NCBI RefSeq assembly: GCF_964194155.1
Contig: NC_135899.1
Coordinates: 62,000,001-62,064,000 of the forward strand
DNA length: 64,000 nt
Reading direction: 5' to 3'
DNA from: Cetorhinus maximus
Lineage: Eukaryota
The notes beneath the pieces were generated by a model. That model saw only the letters and a program-made list of their open reading frames with translations, did no database searches and was not told where the DNA came from. The position numbers and the translations under genes were made by a program. Below, piece after piece: positions 48,115-60,550 of the stretch (within the stretch, counting starts at the first letter, position 1; every line of letters begins with the position of its first letter).

Positions 48115-49426
48115 GGGTGCGATTTTCATGAAGGAGACAGATATTAGGAGTCAGGAGAGTTCTAGAACCCGCAAACTCCTCTGCCTTAAGGAGGCCCCAC
48201 CCCTCCCTATTTTCCTGTTGGGTAGACAAAGGTGGGATGTAGTTGGGCCTGCCATCTCCGGAGACAGGCCCAAGGTAGCAATGGAGGCAGCTGGATGGCA
48301 AGGCTGGCAGGATGCCCTCGATATCCATTGACGGGGACATTGGCTCAGTTGTAATCATGGCTGTCAGGCCCTGAAACACTCACCCTTTAACCCCCACCCC
48401 CTCCACAGGCCCATTCCATGCTCCCTCAAATCTCCCATGCCCACTCACACACACTTCATGCCCCCCATATCTCCCGTGCGTCCTTGCTTCCTCCATGCTC
48501 CCATATCTCCCATGCCACATACGACCCTCCATGCCCTTATATCCTTCCATGTCCCCATATCTACCCCCATAAGTACCATGTTCCCCTCCGTGCATCCTCA
48601 TCCCTCCCATGCCCCCCCATATCTCCCACACCCCTTCTGTACCCATCTCATGACCTCCATGACTATTGCATGCCTCCCATGCATCTTCCATACGTAATCT
48701 CCCAGTATCCACTATGTACAGAACCAATTGAGAAGTCTATCATTCATTAAAATGATCCTGAAACTGACAACATATGCAGAGGCTTTGAAAAGACACTTCG
48801 AAAATATCTACTCAGCTTACGACCTCTTAAAGGTGTAAATCAACCATAGCCATATATCATATCAATTTCAAAGTGCTTTTATCCACTTCAGATCTCTTAA
48901 TCTTGTATAAAACACACAAGCATTGGAAAACCATGTCAAAGAAAGAGCAGGCTACTTACAAGGTAATAGAGAAGTCAATCGAACAAGGCTTGCACTCTCC
49001 TTCAAGCTAGACGTTTCCTGCTGAGTTGTCATTCTTGGAGCACAGCCAATTTTTCATAATGAGGCCATCTGGAAAAAACAGATGGCTCCTTCTGTTGACA
49101 CAGTTGCCAAATGAAGGGGCGACGGGAGATATGAGGTCATGGGTGGAGGTGTGAGGTTTAAAGGCTTGAGGGACTGATAGTCATGATTATAACTGGGCTG
49201 ATGTGCTAGTAAATGGAGATGGGTACTTTAGCCTGCCAGTCTCATCATCCACCCGCCTCATTGCTGCCTCAGTCCTGCTCTGGAGGCAATGGGCGAAACT
49301 CCATTCTGCCCCTACCTCCCTGACATGAAAGTAGGGTGCATTAGGGCTTCCATAAAGGAGATGGGTTTGCAGGGTCCGGAACTTTCCAGGCTCCTGATAC
49401 CTGTCTCCATCATGAAAATCCAGCCC
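48115..49426. mobile_element. Harbinger-type non-autonomous element with ~80-bp TIRs
   Basis: Left end gggtgcgattttcatgaaggagacagatattaggagtcagg... matches the reverse complement of the right end gggctggattttcatgatggagacaggtatcaggagcctgg.... C-rich degenerate repeat at 48380-48720. TSD not preserved. Confidence 0.8.
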
Positions 49427-50444
49427 TCACTCTCCTCCTTGCTGTTTTCCTCCGTTGAGCATTTTTCCCCACTAAATTTCCTTTTAGATCCTCTTTCTTC
49501 TGTAGTCTGGGATTGCAAAGCACTGTATTTCTTCCTTGTTGTGCTTTTGTGCCAATCTCTGGTAGGAGTTGTCCAGTGCTGCAGCATTAATTACCTTTTG
49601 ATATTGTGCTTCCTGTACTCCAAGCACACATTGAAGAATTACTGCCATTTGTTTAGCAATTTTGCAATAATTCTCTTTATGCTTCAACCATTTTAAGTAT
49701 TCAGTTGACTGAATGCAGAAATTGTTTTGTCAATCCCTTCCCATTTTTATACTTGTGTTGAAAAATGTCTGAAATACTGGAATCTGTGCAGGTAGGAGGT
49801 GCTCAGAGAGTTCAGAGTCCAATCTGTGAATTCTCCAGTAACTGTCTTCTGAACTCAACTGTCATTAAACCTCTTCCTTTTTCAAGATCAACAAAGTCCA
49901 ATGATTGTGAAGCAGTTTGTCTGGCCTCACCTACTTTTATTGTAATTTCAATCAGGAAAATAACCTCTAGATTCACTGATATCAGAATTAAGTGAGTGGA
50001 ATAGCTCCAGGGAAGGATGAGTTACAAGATAATTAATATTAAATGTTCCATTTTTTTTTTATCATGTGGCTTAGACCAGGCTATAACAATTGATTCAGGT
50101 GCTCAGAGCTTTTACTTACAATCTACCTTTCAACTGAATTGATTACATCCCCAAGCTTTGTTGGAAGGTAATGCAGGACAATTACTCTGCGTATTTCACA
50201 GACAAAAGATCAAAGAATAATGCCAATGGGATAACCAGGTGATCTACAACACTGACATTTGGTCCTATGTTTCTGAAGAGACTAATTTTAGTTGTCCACT
50301 GACATAGAATACAAATTTGCATGGTCTATATGACCATGTGAAAAAAAAGCTTTGTTGTCATTCATCTTCCTAATGGATTAAATGCATTTCACTGGAAAGA
50401 GCTTTGATGGAATGAATGATTAATGGATTAGACCTGTCTTTACA

Positions 50445-50670
50445 CAGTATTACATAGGATATATGGCACAGAAACAGCCCATTCAGCCCCACCATGACAG
50501 TGATTATGCTCCACTCGAACCTCCTCCCATCTTTTCTCATCTCAATCTACCATCGTAACCATCTATTCCCTTCTCCCTTATATGATTGTCTAGCTCCCCT
50601 TTAAATACATCTACACTGTTCACTTAACCATTCCCTATGGTAGGGGTTCCACATTCTTACCACTTCCATA
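50445..50670 (-). mobile_element. CR1 3' end
   Basis: Motifs cataggatatatggcacagaaacagcccattcagccc...ggttccacattcttaccact. Confidence 0.7.
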
Positions 50671-51234
50671 GAACATCTGACAACTTTAGAAGCAAAAACT
50701 GCTGTTGGTAGGAATATGGCTTTAGAATTCTTATGATTTTCACACCAATAACATGGAGACTTTGCTCACCATACATTGTCTCCAAAATGGCTATTTTATT
50801 GAAGGACTACATGCTTTTTTGGGAAATGGAGCACTGCATTGCAGCAGAGGGTGCAATCCTAAGTTTTGAGTGAAAGCGCAATCAACCAAAAATGCTCAGC
50901 TCTTCTGAAGTAATCTTGTTTCCAATGGGAAAGTGCTTGAAGAGCTGCAATTTAGGCTGTATCCCAGGCATAGGGCTCTGAACTAAGGTGGAATGTGATA
51001 CATTTATGTGCCTCTCACAAGACCACAGATGCAAGAGAAGGCAGGGGGATTCTACCAAAAAGAAAGGCCTATCAGCCTTTTCCTTGGTGGTTAAGGGACC
51101 CACCTCATGGGTCTAGCCCTTGACTCCTGAAAACTGAAGGTAATTTCTTTTTTTCATTTCCTGCAGCCCGCTGACAAAGGGGATGCTAGCTGAGGGTGAC
51201 AGCATATTTGTGCAGAGTAGAGAGCACATAATTA

Positions 51235-51970
51235 CACCTGCGGTCTGTCTGCAAGAAAGACCCAAACCTCCCTGTCGCTTGCCATTTTAACACTCCACCC
51301 TGTTCTCTTGCCCACATGTCTGTCCTTGGCTTGCTGCATTGTTCCAGTGAAGCCCAACGCAAACTGGAGGAACAGCACCTCATCTTCCGACTAGGCACTT
51401 TACAGCCTTCCGGGCTGAATATTGAATTCAACAACTTTAGATCTTAAACTCCCCCTCCCCCCATCCCCACCCCGTTTCTCCCCCCTCCCTTTTTTTTCAA
51501 TAATTTATATAGATTCTTCTTTTCCCACCTATTTCCATTATTTTTAAATCTAAAACTAAAACTTTGTTAGTCTTTCCACCCCACCCCCACTAGAGCTGTA
51601 CCTTGAGTGTCCTGTCTTCCATTCTTAATTAGCACTTTTCTTAGACAATATCACCACCTTCAACACCTCTTTGATCCTTTTGTCTGTGACATCTTTTGAT
51701 TATCTGCTCCTATCACTGCTTGCTTATCTCCACAATCACCACACCCTCAACTTCTCTCTCCCCCCGCCCCCCCCCCCACCTTAAACCAGCTTATATTTCA
51801 CCTTTCTCCTAACTATGCTTCAGTTCTGCCGAAGGGTCATGAAGACTCGAAACGTTAACTGATTTCTTCTCCACCGATGCTGCCAGACCTGCTGAGTTTT
51901 TCCAGGTAATTCTGTTTTTGTTTTGGATTTCCAGCATCCGCAGTAGCTTTTAGCTTTTTGTTTTTATCTC
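51235..51970 (+). mobile_element. Penelope-like element family A, 5'-truncated
   Basis: Open GIY-YIG C-terminus at 51235-51447 (HLRSVCKKDPNLPVACHFNTPPCSLAHMSVLGL...RKLEEQHLIFRLGTLQPSGLNIEFNNFRS*). Followed by a pyrimidine-rich UTR and a hammerhead-bearing tail. Confidence 0.88.
51820..51862 (+). ncRNA. Hammerhead-like motif with variant core
   Basis: TCAGTT-CTGCCGA-A-GGGTC-ATGAA-GACTC-GAAA-CG-TT-AACTGA: perfect 6-bp helix I, but the core reads CUGCCGA instead of CUGANGA. Confidence 0.55.
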
Positions 51971-52779
51971 CTAGATATGTTTGTACTGATACTGTATGCA
52001 ATGAGCAGAACATTTCATTTCCAAAGTTTATATCTTAAAAAGCACGGAATGTTCACTCCAGCTAATCTCCTGCTAGTTAAAATTTGCTGCTCTTTTCCAT
52101 AAAAATTTCACTTGTCAGCAAATAGACTATTGAACACATGATATCTTTTGACATCGCTAAGTGTAGCTTATTGATTCTGTTACTTTTGAAATGATATCAG
52201 GCTGTCCTCTTGCAGGGTTATTCACCGCACTACCTTTAACTAAACCCCAATGTTAATGCATATTGCAGTACTGCTTGGGCCTATTACAGCATTGCATACA
52301 GAATAGAGATTGACATTCAATGAAAAGGAACGTTATACAGAAGCTGCAGTGGGAATCGCAAGCAGTTACATTGATTTTCAGAATTTAGCTAATGGAGCTT
52401 TGATATTTGTCACTTAATGCTTAGCCTTGCTTGATCTTCAAAGAAATTGAAGAAAAGTGGGAGAGTGAAATTATTTAGTTAAATTATATATTATTTAGGG
52501 AAATGAGTTATTAATAAACATAGCTGCTTGAAATCATTAATGATCTACTAGCAAATCCCTTTCCCAGAAACTGCACATCTCGTAAATTCGCTTCTCCCCC
52601 ATTTCATTATTACGGAAAAAGTCTGGAATCCTCCCAAGCTTTTATTAAGAAGAGGAATTTCACCATCCTTGAGGTTCTAGGATTTATGCCGATACTTTTC
52701 AGCAATGAATTATTGACCCTAGCTACAACACTGGGAAAGTATTGCATGGAAGTCCTTTGCCTGAGAGTACAGTGATATA

Positions 52780-53095
52780 GCAGTTATACTACTGTGCTAA
52801 GCCAGAGGTTGGGATTCAAATCCCACCTTGTGGCAATTTATGCAGTTGAATACATTTGTTAAATTCTAGATCAGCACCAGAAAGCTGCTGGATTGTCAGT
52901 AAAAAAGAAAACAATTTGTACATTAATCCTCTTCCATGAAAGAAACTTGCAAACACTAACCAGTTTGGCCTATATGTAACTTGAGTTCATATCAAACAGT
53001 TGACTCCTATTACCTGCTGAACACTCTGTTTCAAAAAAAGAATCACTAGGAAGAACATACCTCAATACCACCTCTAAGAACAGTCAATAAATATT
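52780..53095 (+). mobile_element. tRNA-derived SINE, degraded
   Basis: B-box-like gattcaaatcccacc, then body motifs gctgctggattgtc...tggcctatatgtaact...gttgactc, then an aataaat tail. Confidence 0.5.
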
Positions 53096-54274
53096 GAATA
53101 GGAAACATTTGGAGCTTAATCAGTTAAGGCTTCTTTCTACCCTCCCCTCCTCGAGTTTGCTGGTCATCTGAGCATGCTGTTTTTTCATATTGGTGTATTT
53201 CCTGCAGAGACTTGAGGATAGAGAACAAAAGTAAAATCACTTGCGAAAACAAATTATCAAGGGAAATAACATTATTCTTCATCTATAATGGTGCCTGTAC
53301 TTTGTTATTTCATTGCATGATTATCAAAGGAATGAAGACATATCTCCTGAATGAATCAAGCTGTTTGTTTGAGATGTATAATACAAATAAAGCCATTGTG
53401 ATTCCTGTAAAACTAAAGTGCAATACTTTAATTAAAAGCAATTACTGAAGGACTAGGAAAGAGGCAATGAGATGGTAGGGATGATTGATAAGCAACACTA
53501 AATGAAGATGGGACCAAGCTCAAGCTGGCCTTAACTTGAAAGTGTGCTTCAAAAATGTTTGCAATAATTCCATAGGTAACTGATTTGTACTTAATCTGAC
53601 TAGAAATGGATGAAACAAGTGGATGATTTCCTTTCTTTTTGTTATTTTGGTGGACATGTTTTAATATACTTTGAAGAAGATATTCTTGGTGAATCTCAAA
53701 CGTCAATTAAACTACAATGAACTGTGGGTTAAAGCCTACAGTTTTGCCGTCATTATGAAAGTATTAAGCATGTTTTAGAAAGTTGTTGAGTTATTAGTTT
53801 GAATTTCAGTTTCTATAGAGCTCACCAGGTGCAGGAACACATCTTGATGCACATACACATTAGAAAATTGAAATAGTAGACATTGAGCAGCAAAGGAGAA
53901 AAGGAATTGGGGAGGGTTTTGGAACAAAGGTAACCAAAATGTACAGTTTTTTAAAAAAAGGGCTTTTAAGGGATTTTTAGATGTTGGAACTGAGTAGGCA
54001 ACATAGATAATCTGATTACTGTAATTTGGATTTTGCTGTGGTTACTGTGGATTTGTGAATGTTTTTTAATCCATGAGTAGCAGGTACTCATAGGATTCTG
54101 ATTCCATGCAGCCCCCATCCCTTCCCCTACCTCTATTGTCAGTTGTACAGAATTATACAGTTGGGACAGGCTGATGTGCAGGTCTGCAGAAGTACTAATC
54201 GACAAATTGCATGACCACTGCGTTTAAAGAAAACTTGTGAAGTCAGGAAGAAAGAATGAACTTGAGTTATATAC

Positions 54275-54600
54275 CATGTTATCAGGCCTCTCAAAAGTGT
54301 CCTGAAGTGGTTCACATACAATGCGTTGCCTTGTAGTACAATCACTGATGTTATATTGGCAAATGTAACAGGCATGTTGTGTACAACAAAATGAGATGAA
54401 TTAATCTGTTTTTTGATTAAGGGAGGAATGTTGGCTGCGCACCAGAAGAACTCCCTGATCTTTTTTGAATAGTGCCAAGGGATTTTAACTGAACTGAAAT
54501 CAAAACTAGGGCATCAGGTTAACGTTTCATCCAAAGGACCACATCTCCAACATTTTATGTGTGACACTGAGGTGACAGCATAGATCATGAGCCCAGGTCT
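54275..54600 (-). mobile_element. Deu-domain SINE
   Basis: Motifs gggaggaatgttggc...gaactccctg...gaatagtgccaagggatttt...ggttaacgtttcatccaaagg. Confidence 0.65.
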
Positions 54601-56540
54601 TTCGGACTCGGAGGCTATCAGAAAATCATCGGGAAGACAGCATCCATTCTCCCACCTGTGCCACTCTACCAATGCCCTTGTTGCTGCCTGTCAGCCAACC
54701 AGCCCAGAGAGCGTCTGTCCATACTGAGATGGTGCGGTCTGCAGCCGGGCCTCCTAGGCCCAGAGTTGCTCGAGGTTATCCTCCAAGTCCACCTACAGCT
54801 ACCCCCACTGAAAGCCAGCAGCCTTCTGATCAGCCACTGAGGTAGCACTGTGTAGGAGCACCAGAACAGGCAAAGGCACACAGAAGACAGGCACTAAGGG
54901 AATGCACAAGAATAATTGGTTGGCTTTTAAATGCAATATTGCACAATTTCATTTATAAAATTTGTTTGAAAAGTTTATTTTGTGGTTTTTTTTGTATTGT
55001 GGCAAAGTGGACACAGCGATGGCCAGTGATAGAGGGAAGGTAAGATGTCAGGCTGATGGTGAATGAAGAATTGAGGTTGTAGTTATTATCAGCCTCCCTC
55101 CACAGAGCTGCCTGCTCAAATCAGCAAGGCAACAGCAGCCCCAAATGCGGCTGCTGCCCGCCTTTGCCATTGACACCAGGCAGGCAGCTCTGCCCTCCTA
55201 GAGGTCCTCTGGGCCCGAACCCATCTGAGAATTCATCTCATATGAGACTTGGGGTGGAATTTTCCCATTCCTCTCGCGGCGGGTTTCATGGGGGGGCGGG
55301 AGTGGAGAATCTGGTGCCAGGCAAAAGGTCGCAAATCCGCTATGGTAAAAATAGGTTGCAATTCTCCTGATGGCAAGTTTATGGCTGGTCAGTTATCCCG
55401 CCAACTAGTAGCGAGAATGCCATTTGCATTCATTAACATATCACGAAAGCTCATTAAAACAGCTGCTTGCTGGAATCTTGCCATGCCTTCCAATCTTGCA
55501 TCATGCCAGCGGGAAATTACGTTGGCCTCAAACCCATTTGAAGAGGGGTGGCGCGGACAAGTCGGACTTCAGTTCACTGGTAGCTTCGAGGTGAGTGGAA
55601 CATAGCCTACCTGCCACAGCGCTGCGCCGGTCTTGTTGCGATGAACGCCGCTCTGCTGGGGCTGTAGAGTTGGACTGCTCTTACTCTTTGTCCATATTGT
55701 CCTGAGGAACACCACTGTGCTGTGGTACTCACGCAGGCCTCCACTTTCAGAAACTAGCATTTCAACTGGGGTGGCCTGTGAGGCAAGGGTGGGATTGAAG
55801 AACACGAGGTGAGCAACGGGGAGGGAAGGCTGTGGAATGGCAGCGAGGGGAAAGAGCAAACGTGAGTGGGGCAACAGGAAAGCAAGGCTGGGGAAGGGCA
55901 AACACAAGAGGGGCCTTTCTGGGTTGCCCTCTAACCTCCTGTTGCTGCAGGAGCCTGCTTAGGAAGAAAGGAGGAAGGCCTCCTTGCGATGAAAACCACT
56001 GAAAGCCAATGGCTTCATGAGCACTGTTAAAGGGCTACTCAGAACTCAGTGGCTTTACATTAGAGTTGCTGCATCTCAAGAGTAACACATAGGGATGTAG
56101 AATTTGGGAATGCAGGCAATAGTGAAGGAGGCACAGCTGTAACACATATGGCATTCCATCAATGAAGGCCTGTCACATGTTCACCAGGTTTGATACTCCT
56201 AACGGGCCAAAGGGCATCCACTCATTGACCATGAGCAACTGACTGGTCATTAATATGCCACATCAGAGATTGGAGCACAGAGTTAGGTTGGGACACTCAT
56301 CTCTCTGAAACTTTAGCATCCCATGCAGGGCTCAAAATGTTACACCCGTGATGCCATCTTGGTCACCTCGATGTGTGTGCCAGTGTCTCAGGAACAAGGC
56401 GGCATCAGCCACGCAAATAGGGCAGGAAAAATTACGGACCCTTCCAGTTTGCAAATGTGTCATCTTCTGAGCTTACTTTCTTGCCCGTTGAATCATTAAT
56501 GTTTTCAATGTTTCCTTTCAGAGGGAAGGCAAAAGCAGAT

Positions 56541-57747
56541 ATGGATCCAGGGCTCAATGCTGTCTTTGTCAGGCCCTAATGTACTGGAAGAGGCGAAGGA
56601 GGGAGAGGTGACTCCGGGTGCAGCTCCAGCAGGAGGGACATGGTCAAGCGGAGGCAGAGCATGAGCAGGAGGGTCGGGAGGCGAGACCCAGACAACTGGG
56701 GCGACTCGCCAGACTTAGGGTTTATTGTAGAAGAGTTTCTATTTAAAAATGAGCGAGAGGCAATGCCGTGCACATCTGCGTTTGTCCCAAGCTCTGGTAC
56801 ATCACATATGCCACATCCTTCAGGAAGACCTGACACCACATGGAGTTGGAGACTATCCCCTGCCAGTGGCTTTGAAGATGACCACATCGCTCAATTTCGT
56901 GGCCACTGGTTCTTCCCAAGGATCAACAGATGACCTGTGCGGCATCTCGCAGTCCGTAACTGTTGATGATTAAAGAAGGTCACAGATGCCCTTTACAGGA
57001 AGGCCCATCATTATGTCAGGTTTGCTCTGGACAACGATAGCTAGGCTGTGAGATTCACCGGCTTCGCCACCATCTCAGGCTTCCCAAGAGTGCAGGGTGC
57101 AGTAGACTACACCCATGTGGCTAGACGGGCTCCATCGTAGCAGGCCTTAATATTTATAAACTGCAAGGGTTGTCATTCCATCAGTGTACATCTGGTGTGT
57201 GATCACCGGAAGCACATACTGCATGTTTGTACATGGTATCCTGAGAGTTGCCACGACTCCTACATCCTGAGTCACCCCCAGGTGCCTGAGATTTTCGAGG
57301 AGCCATTACGTCTGCAAGGATGGCTGCTTGGGGATAAGGGGTACCCACTGAAACGCTGGCTGATGACACTGGTGCATCGCCCTCAGAGTCATTCCGAGGA
57401 GAGGTACAATGCTGCTCACAGCTCCACACGCTCCCTTATAGAGCAGACCATAGGGCTTCTGATGATGCGTTTCAGATGCTTGGACTGCTCAGGTGGCTCA
57501 CTACAATACACTCCCGACAGGGTTTTCCGCATCATCATAGTGTGTTACACCCTTTACAATCTGGCAATGTAAAGAGGTGGCCCCTTGCCAGGGGATGACC
57601 TGGAGGAGGATGAGAGCTCATCGGAGGTCCCAGGAACCTCAGGAGGCTGCAGAGGGTCAGTATGAGTGCGATCACGCCATAGGGGAAGGAATGCACGGGA
57701 GATGTGCCCGTGATATGTTAATTGTTGACAGGTTCCAGGGAGAGTAA
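56541..57747 (+). pseudogene. Harbinger DDE transposase (HARBI1-like), disrupted
   Basis: MSERQCRAHLRLS...PLPVALKMTTSLNFVATGS, GFPRVQGAVDYTHV, WYPESCHDSYIL, GWLLGDKGYPLKRWLMT, IEQTIGLLMMRFRCLD, CYTLYNLAM. In-frame stops and frameshifts are present. Confidence 0.92.
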
Positions 57748-58448
57748 AGTTAAGTGAGGGAATATGGCCACATCTCTCCTAGCCCTCAATGCCATCCTCT
57801 TTCATCTCAGGGGATGTCCACCCACTTGCAGTGAGAACGAGTTCCACATTCACACTTGCGCGTTCTGGTCTCATGAATCACCAGGCCATGATCTTTGGTC
57901 TGTGGGGCTCTGTGAGTGAGCTCATTCTGGGAACTGAGGGCCCACTGAGGAACAAGAGCGATGCAAGAGAAGACTTGAAGCCTTCGCCACCATCTACGAT
58001 GCCAACACTGCTGTGACTGAGATGTGGACATGCCTGGGGATCTCCTCCTCCCGTGTATGTCTTTCCTTCTGCCACCACCACTGAGGAGACACAAATGCTG
58101 CTAGAATATCAATACTGATGAGCTGCCCTCACTCAGTGGTGTTCCTTGAGGAAGAAGGGTTAGAAATGCTTACATCATACACTTCCAATAAAGATTTAAA
58201 CACGTCTCCCTGACATCACACAAGGGTGTGGAGACTCGTTCAACTGAGGTTGGCATCACAGGGATGTGAATCTCACTGTGGGACACTATCACTGAGTGGG
58301 AGGATGGTCAAGTCTGGAAAGAAGAAGATTCCAAAGTACAAGATCACAACGCCTTCAGTTGACATTCACATAACCAAACAAAACAAAAAAAATTAACAGA
58401 AGTGCAATTTCTTTACATATCGAGCATACCTGTGACCCAAAAGTGACA

Positions 58449-60209
58449 TCAATTTTTCTTAACTTTCCTAACTCTAGCGCTACACCTGGGTGCAGCCCCG
58501 GCATCAGCAGAGGTGGAGGTAGCCTGCTGACTGCTACGTCCTGATGTCTGTGATCACTGTGGTGGACGTCCTCTGGTGGCCCGAGGCCTGGAGGGCCCCG
58601 GGCTGATAAGAGTCACCTGCTCAGGGGCAGATCCGCCCTCAGCAGCCTGAGAGGCTGGAGTGGATGGAGTCACAGGCAGAGGGGGCTGTGGGCGGTTGCA
58701 CACCCTTGGAGTGTGCTGACAGGAGGCCCCCGGGTTGTCCGACTGACGCTCATCCTCCCTGTGGGTGCCCGAGGGCCCCATCCTGACTCCTGCAGGAGAT
58801 GTGCACCTGGAGGGAAGTCAAGGTGCCTCATTGCCATGTTGTCTACATCTTGATTGTACCCACCAGGGTGTGTGGCCATGGAGTGCAGGGCCAAGCGCAA
58901 ATCCGGCAAGAGCTGCTGGACAAAGTTCTCCATGGCGGTCTCCAGCCTTCCCATGGTGAACTCGAGGCGCTCACATGTCGGAGCCACCACATCAGACAGA
59001 ACGCGGATGGACTCCTCCATCATTCACTCTATTCTGCCGAGTGACTGTTGAAGCTCTGCCTGATGTTCCGCCGTCTGTTATTGTATCTCCAGCATTGATT
59101 TGGCGGCTGCTTCTGGAGGCCCATCGCCTGACTCGGACTAAGTGCGCGGCTGGTCTCCAGTAGCCCTCTGAGTGCCAGAGACCTGGGCTGTCCCTGCCTC
59201 AGCCTGTTGTGGGGACATGTCAGTGAGGTGTCCCCCTCTGGGCAGAGCCTAATCTACAGCTGTGCCCCACCGATGTGTGTGTCTCTGAGCTGGTGGAGGG
59301 TGCGTGTGAGCACCGTGATGGTTCTTCCAGAACTTCTTCCTCAGATGAGGTCCGGGGGCTCACACTGGTGCTGGACTGGCTTGGGGACCTCGATCTGCTG
59401 GTGCCTAGAAAATAGAAAGTAGAGTTTCAGTTAATGAGCATGAGCTATGTAAGGCTGCATGTGACTCACTGTGAATGTCAGGATTTGGTGAGGTGATGGA
59501 ACAGTGATCCATACTGGGTTGGTTGGAGAGGCTGATCTCCCCTTCCCCACAGGAACGATCCCTGTCCTCCCCAGCTAGCTCAGCTGCAGCCTCCTCAAAC
59601 TCACTGAGGGCAATGATGTCGGCCATTCCTTCCCTGGCCTGCACTCTCGCGCCTGTTTTGTGCCAGCTTGGCCTGTATGAAGAAGAAAGAAAGACGTGTG
59701 ATGAGAAGGAATGGAGCAGAGGGTGGGTGAGATGCATGTCCCCGGTGTGTGGTGAGCCTTCCAGGAGGGCCAGAGGATGGGGTGTGAGCAACATGATAGA
59801 TGGGGTGGTGGTGATGTGAAAGTCTCGGTAAGAGAATGAGTTTTGATATGTATCCCCTCTAATGGTTACGTGAGATCCCTGAAGAGAGCAGCCGCTTGAG
59901 TGCATGATGCCATGATGAGAGTTCGATATTGGAGGGAGTTGAAGGATGACTTACTCTGGAGGAGCGGATGAGGTCATTTATCCTCTTCCTGCACTGGGTG
60001 GCACTTTGGGCAGCCGCGCTGACCTGCTCCACGATGGTCTCCCAGGCCAGAGGGGTGAAGCTGCTGTGCTTCCTGCAGTCATCCCTGGGATAGAGTGTGT
60101 GACTTTACACCCACACCCCTCTGATCAAGGCCTGGGGGGCCTGGTGCATGAAGCGAGGTGCTGCCGCCTTCTTCAGGCTCGTGGCCTTCCTCTTCTGGCT
60201 GCCAGACAT
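58449..60209 (-). pseudogene. Harbinger Myb/SANT-like DNA-binding gene, 3 exons (60209-59955, 59672-59515, 59404-58449)
   Basis: Exon 1 translates MSGSQKRK...AAAPRF...LAWETIVEQVSAA..SATQCRKRINDLIRSSR|gtaagt. GT-AG introns have pyrimidine tracts. Contains a premature stop and frameshifts. Confidence 0.85.
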
Positions 60210-60458
60210 CTCTGGTGGGCTAGAGAGAGTGAGATTGTGTGTTGGACTGGCCTTTCAAGATGGTGCCTGGACCTTCGAAGCCGCCAACTGATGGCGGCCG
60301 CATGAATCAACTCTTGACCTGCCAGGTGATTTGGAGTGATATGTGCTTTTGCATAATTAATGAGGCTCCAAGCGCAGAATCGGGCGCGAGTTTGGGTGGG
60401 CACTGCCAAAGCCGCCTGCCACCACGCTTAGTCTCATTTATGGAAAATTCCGCCCTTG

Positions 60459-60550
60459 GTGTCAACTTTGTTTATAATGCCCCTGTGAAGCATCTTGGGA
60501 TTTTTAATTAAGTTAAAGACGCTATATAAATATAAGTTGTTGTTGTGGTT
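60459..60550 (+). mobile_element. L2-type LINE/SINE 3' tail (5' part at ~55232-55251), split by Harbinger 2
   Basis: atctcatatgagacttg|gtgtcaactttgtttataatgcccctgtgaagcatcttggga...gctatataaatataagttgttgttg. Confidence 0.65.

Larger units (their letters stand above)
55252..60455 (+). mobile_element. Structurally complete Harbinger/PIF transposon 2 (~5.2 kb)
   Basis: TIRs GGGTGGAATTTTCC and GGAAAATTCCGCCC with a 3-bp TSD TTG (55249-55251, 60456-60458). Contains two convergent genes. Confidence 0.95.

Noticed and set aside
48380-48750. Gly/His/Pro-rich ORFs
   Set aside because: Produced by the C-rich degenerate repeat inside a non-autonomous transposon.
51140-51234. Strong acceptor (tttttttcatttcctgcag) upstream of the GIY-YIG fragment, suggesting exonisation
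   Set aside because: The longest open frame after the acceptor is not the GIY-YIG frame, and there is no transcript evidence.
56541-57747. Host HARBI1 gene
   Set aside because: It lies between TIRs with a TSD, is paired with a Myb gene and is disrupted by stops. It is a transposon copy, not the domesticated gene.
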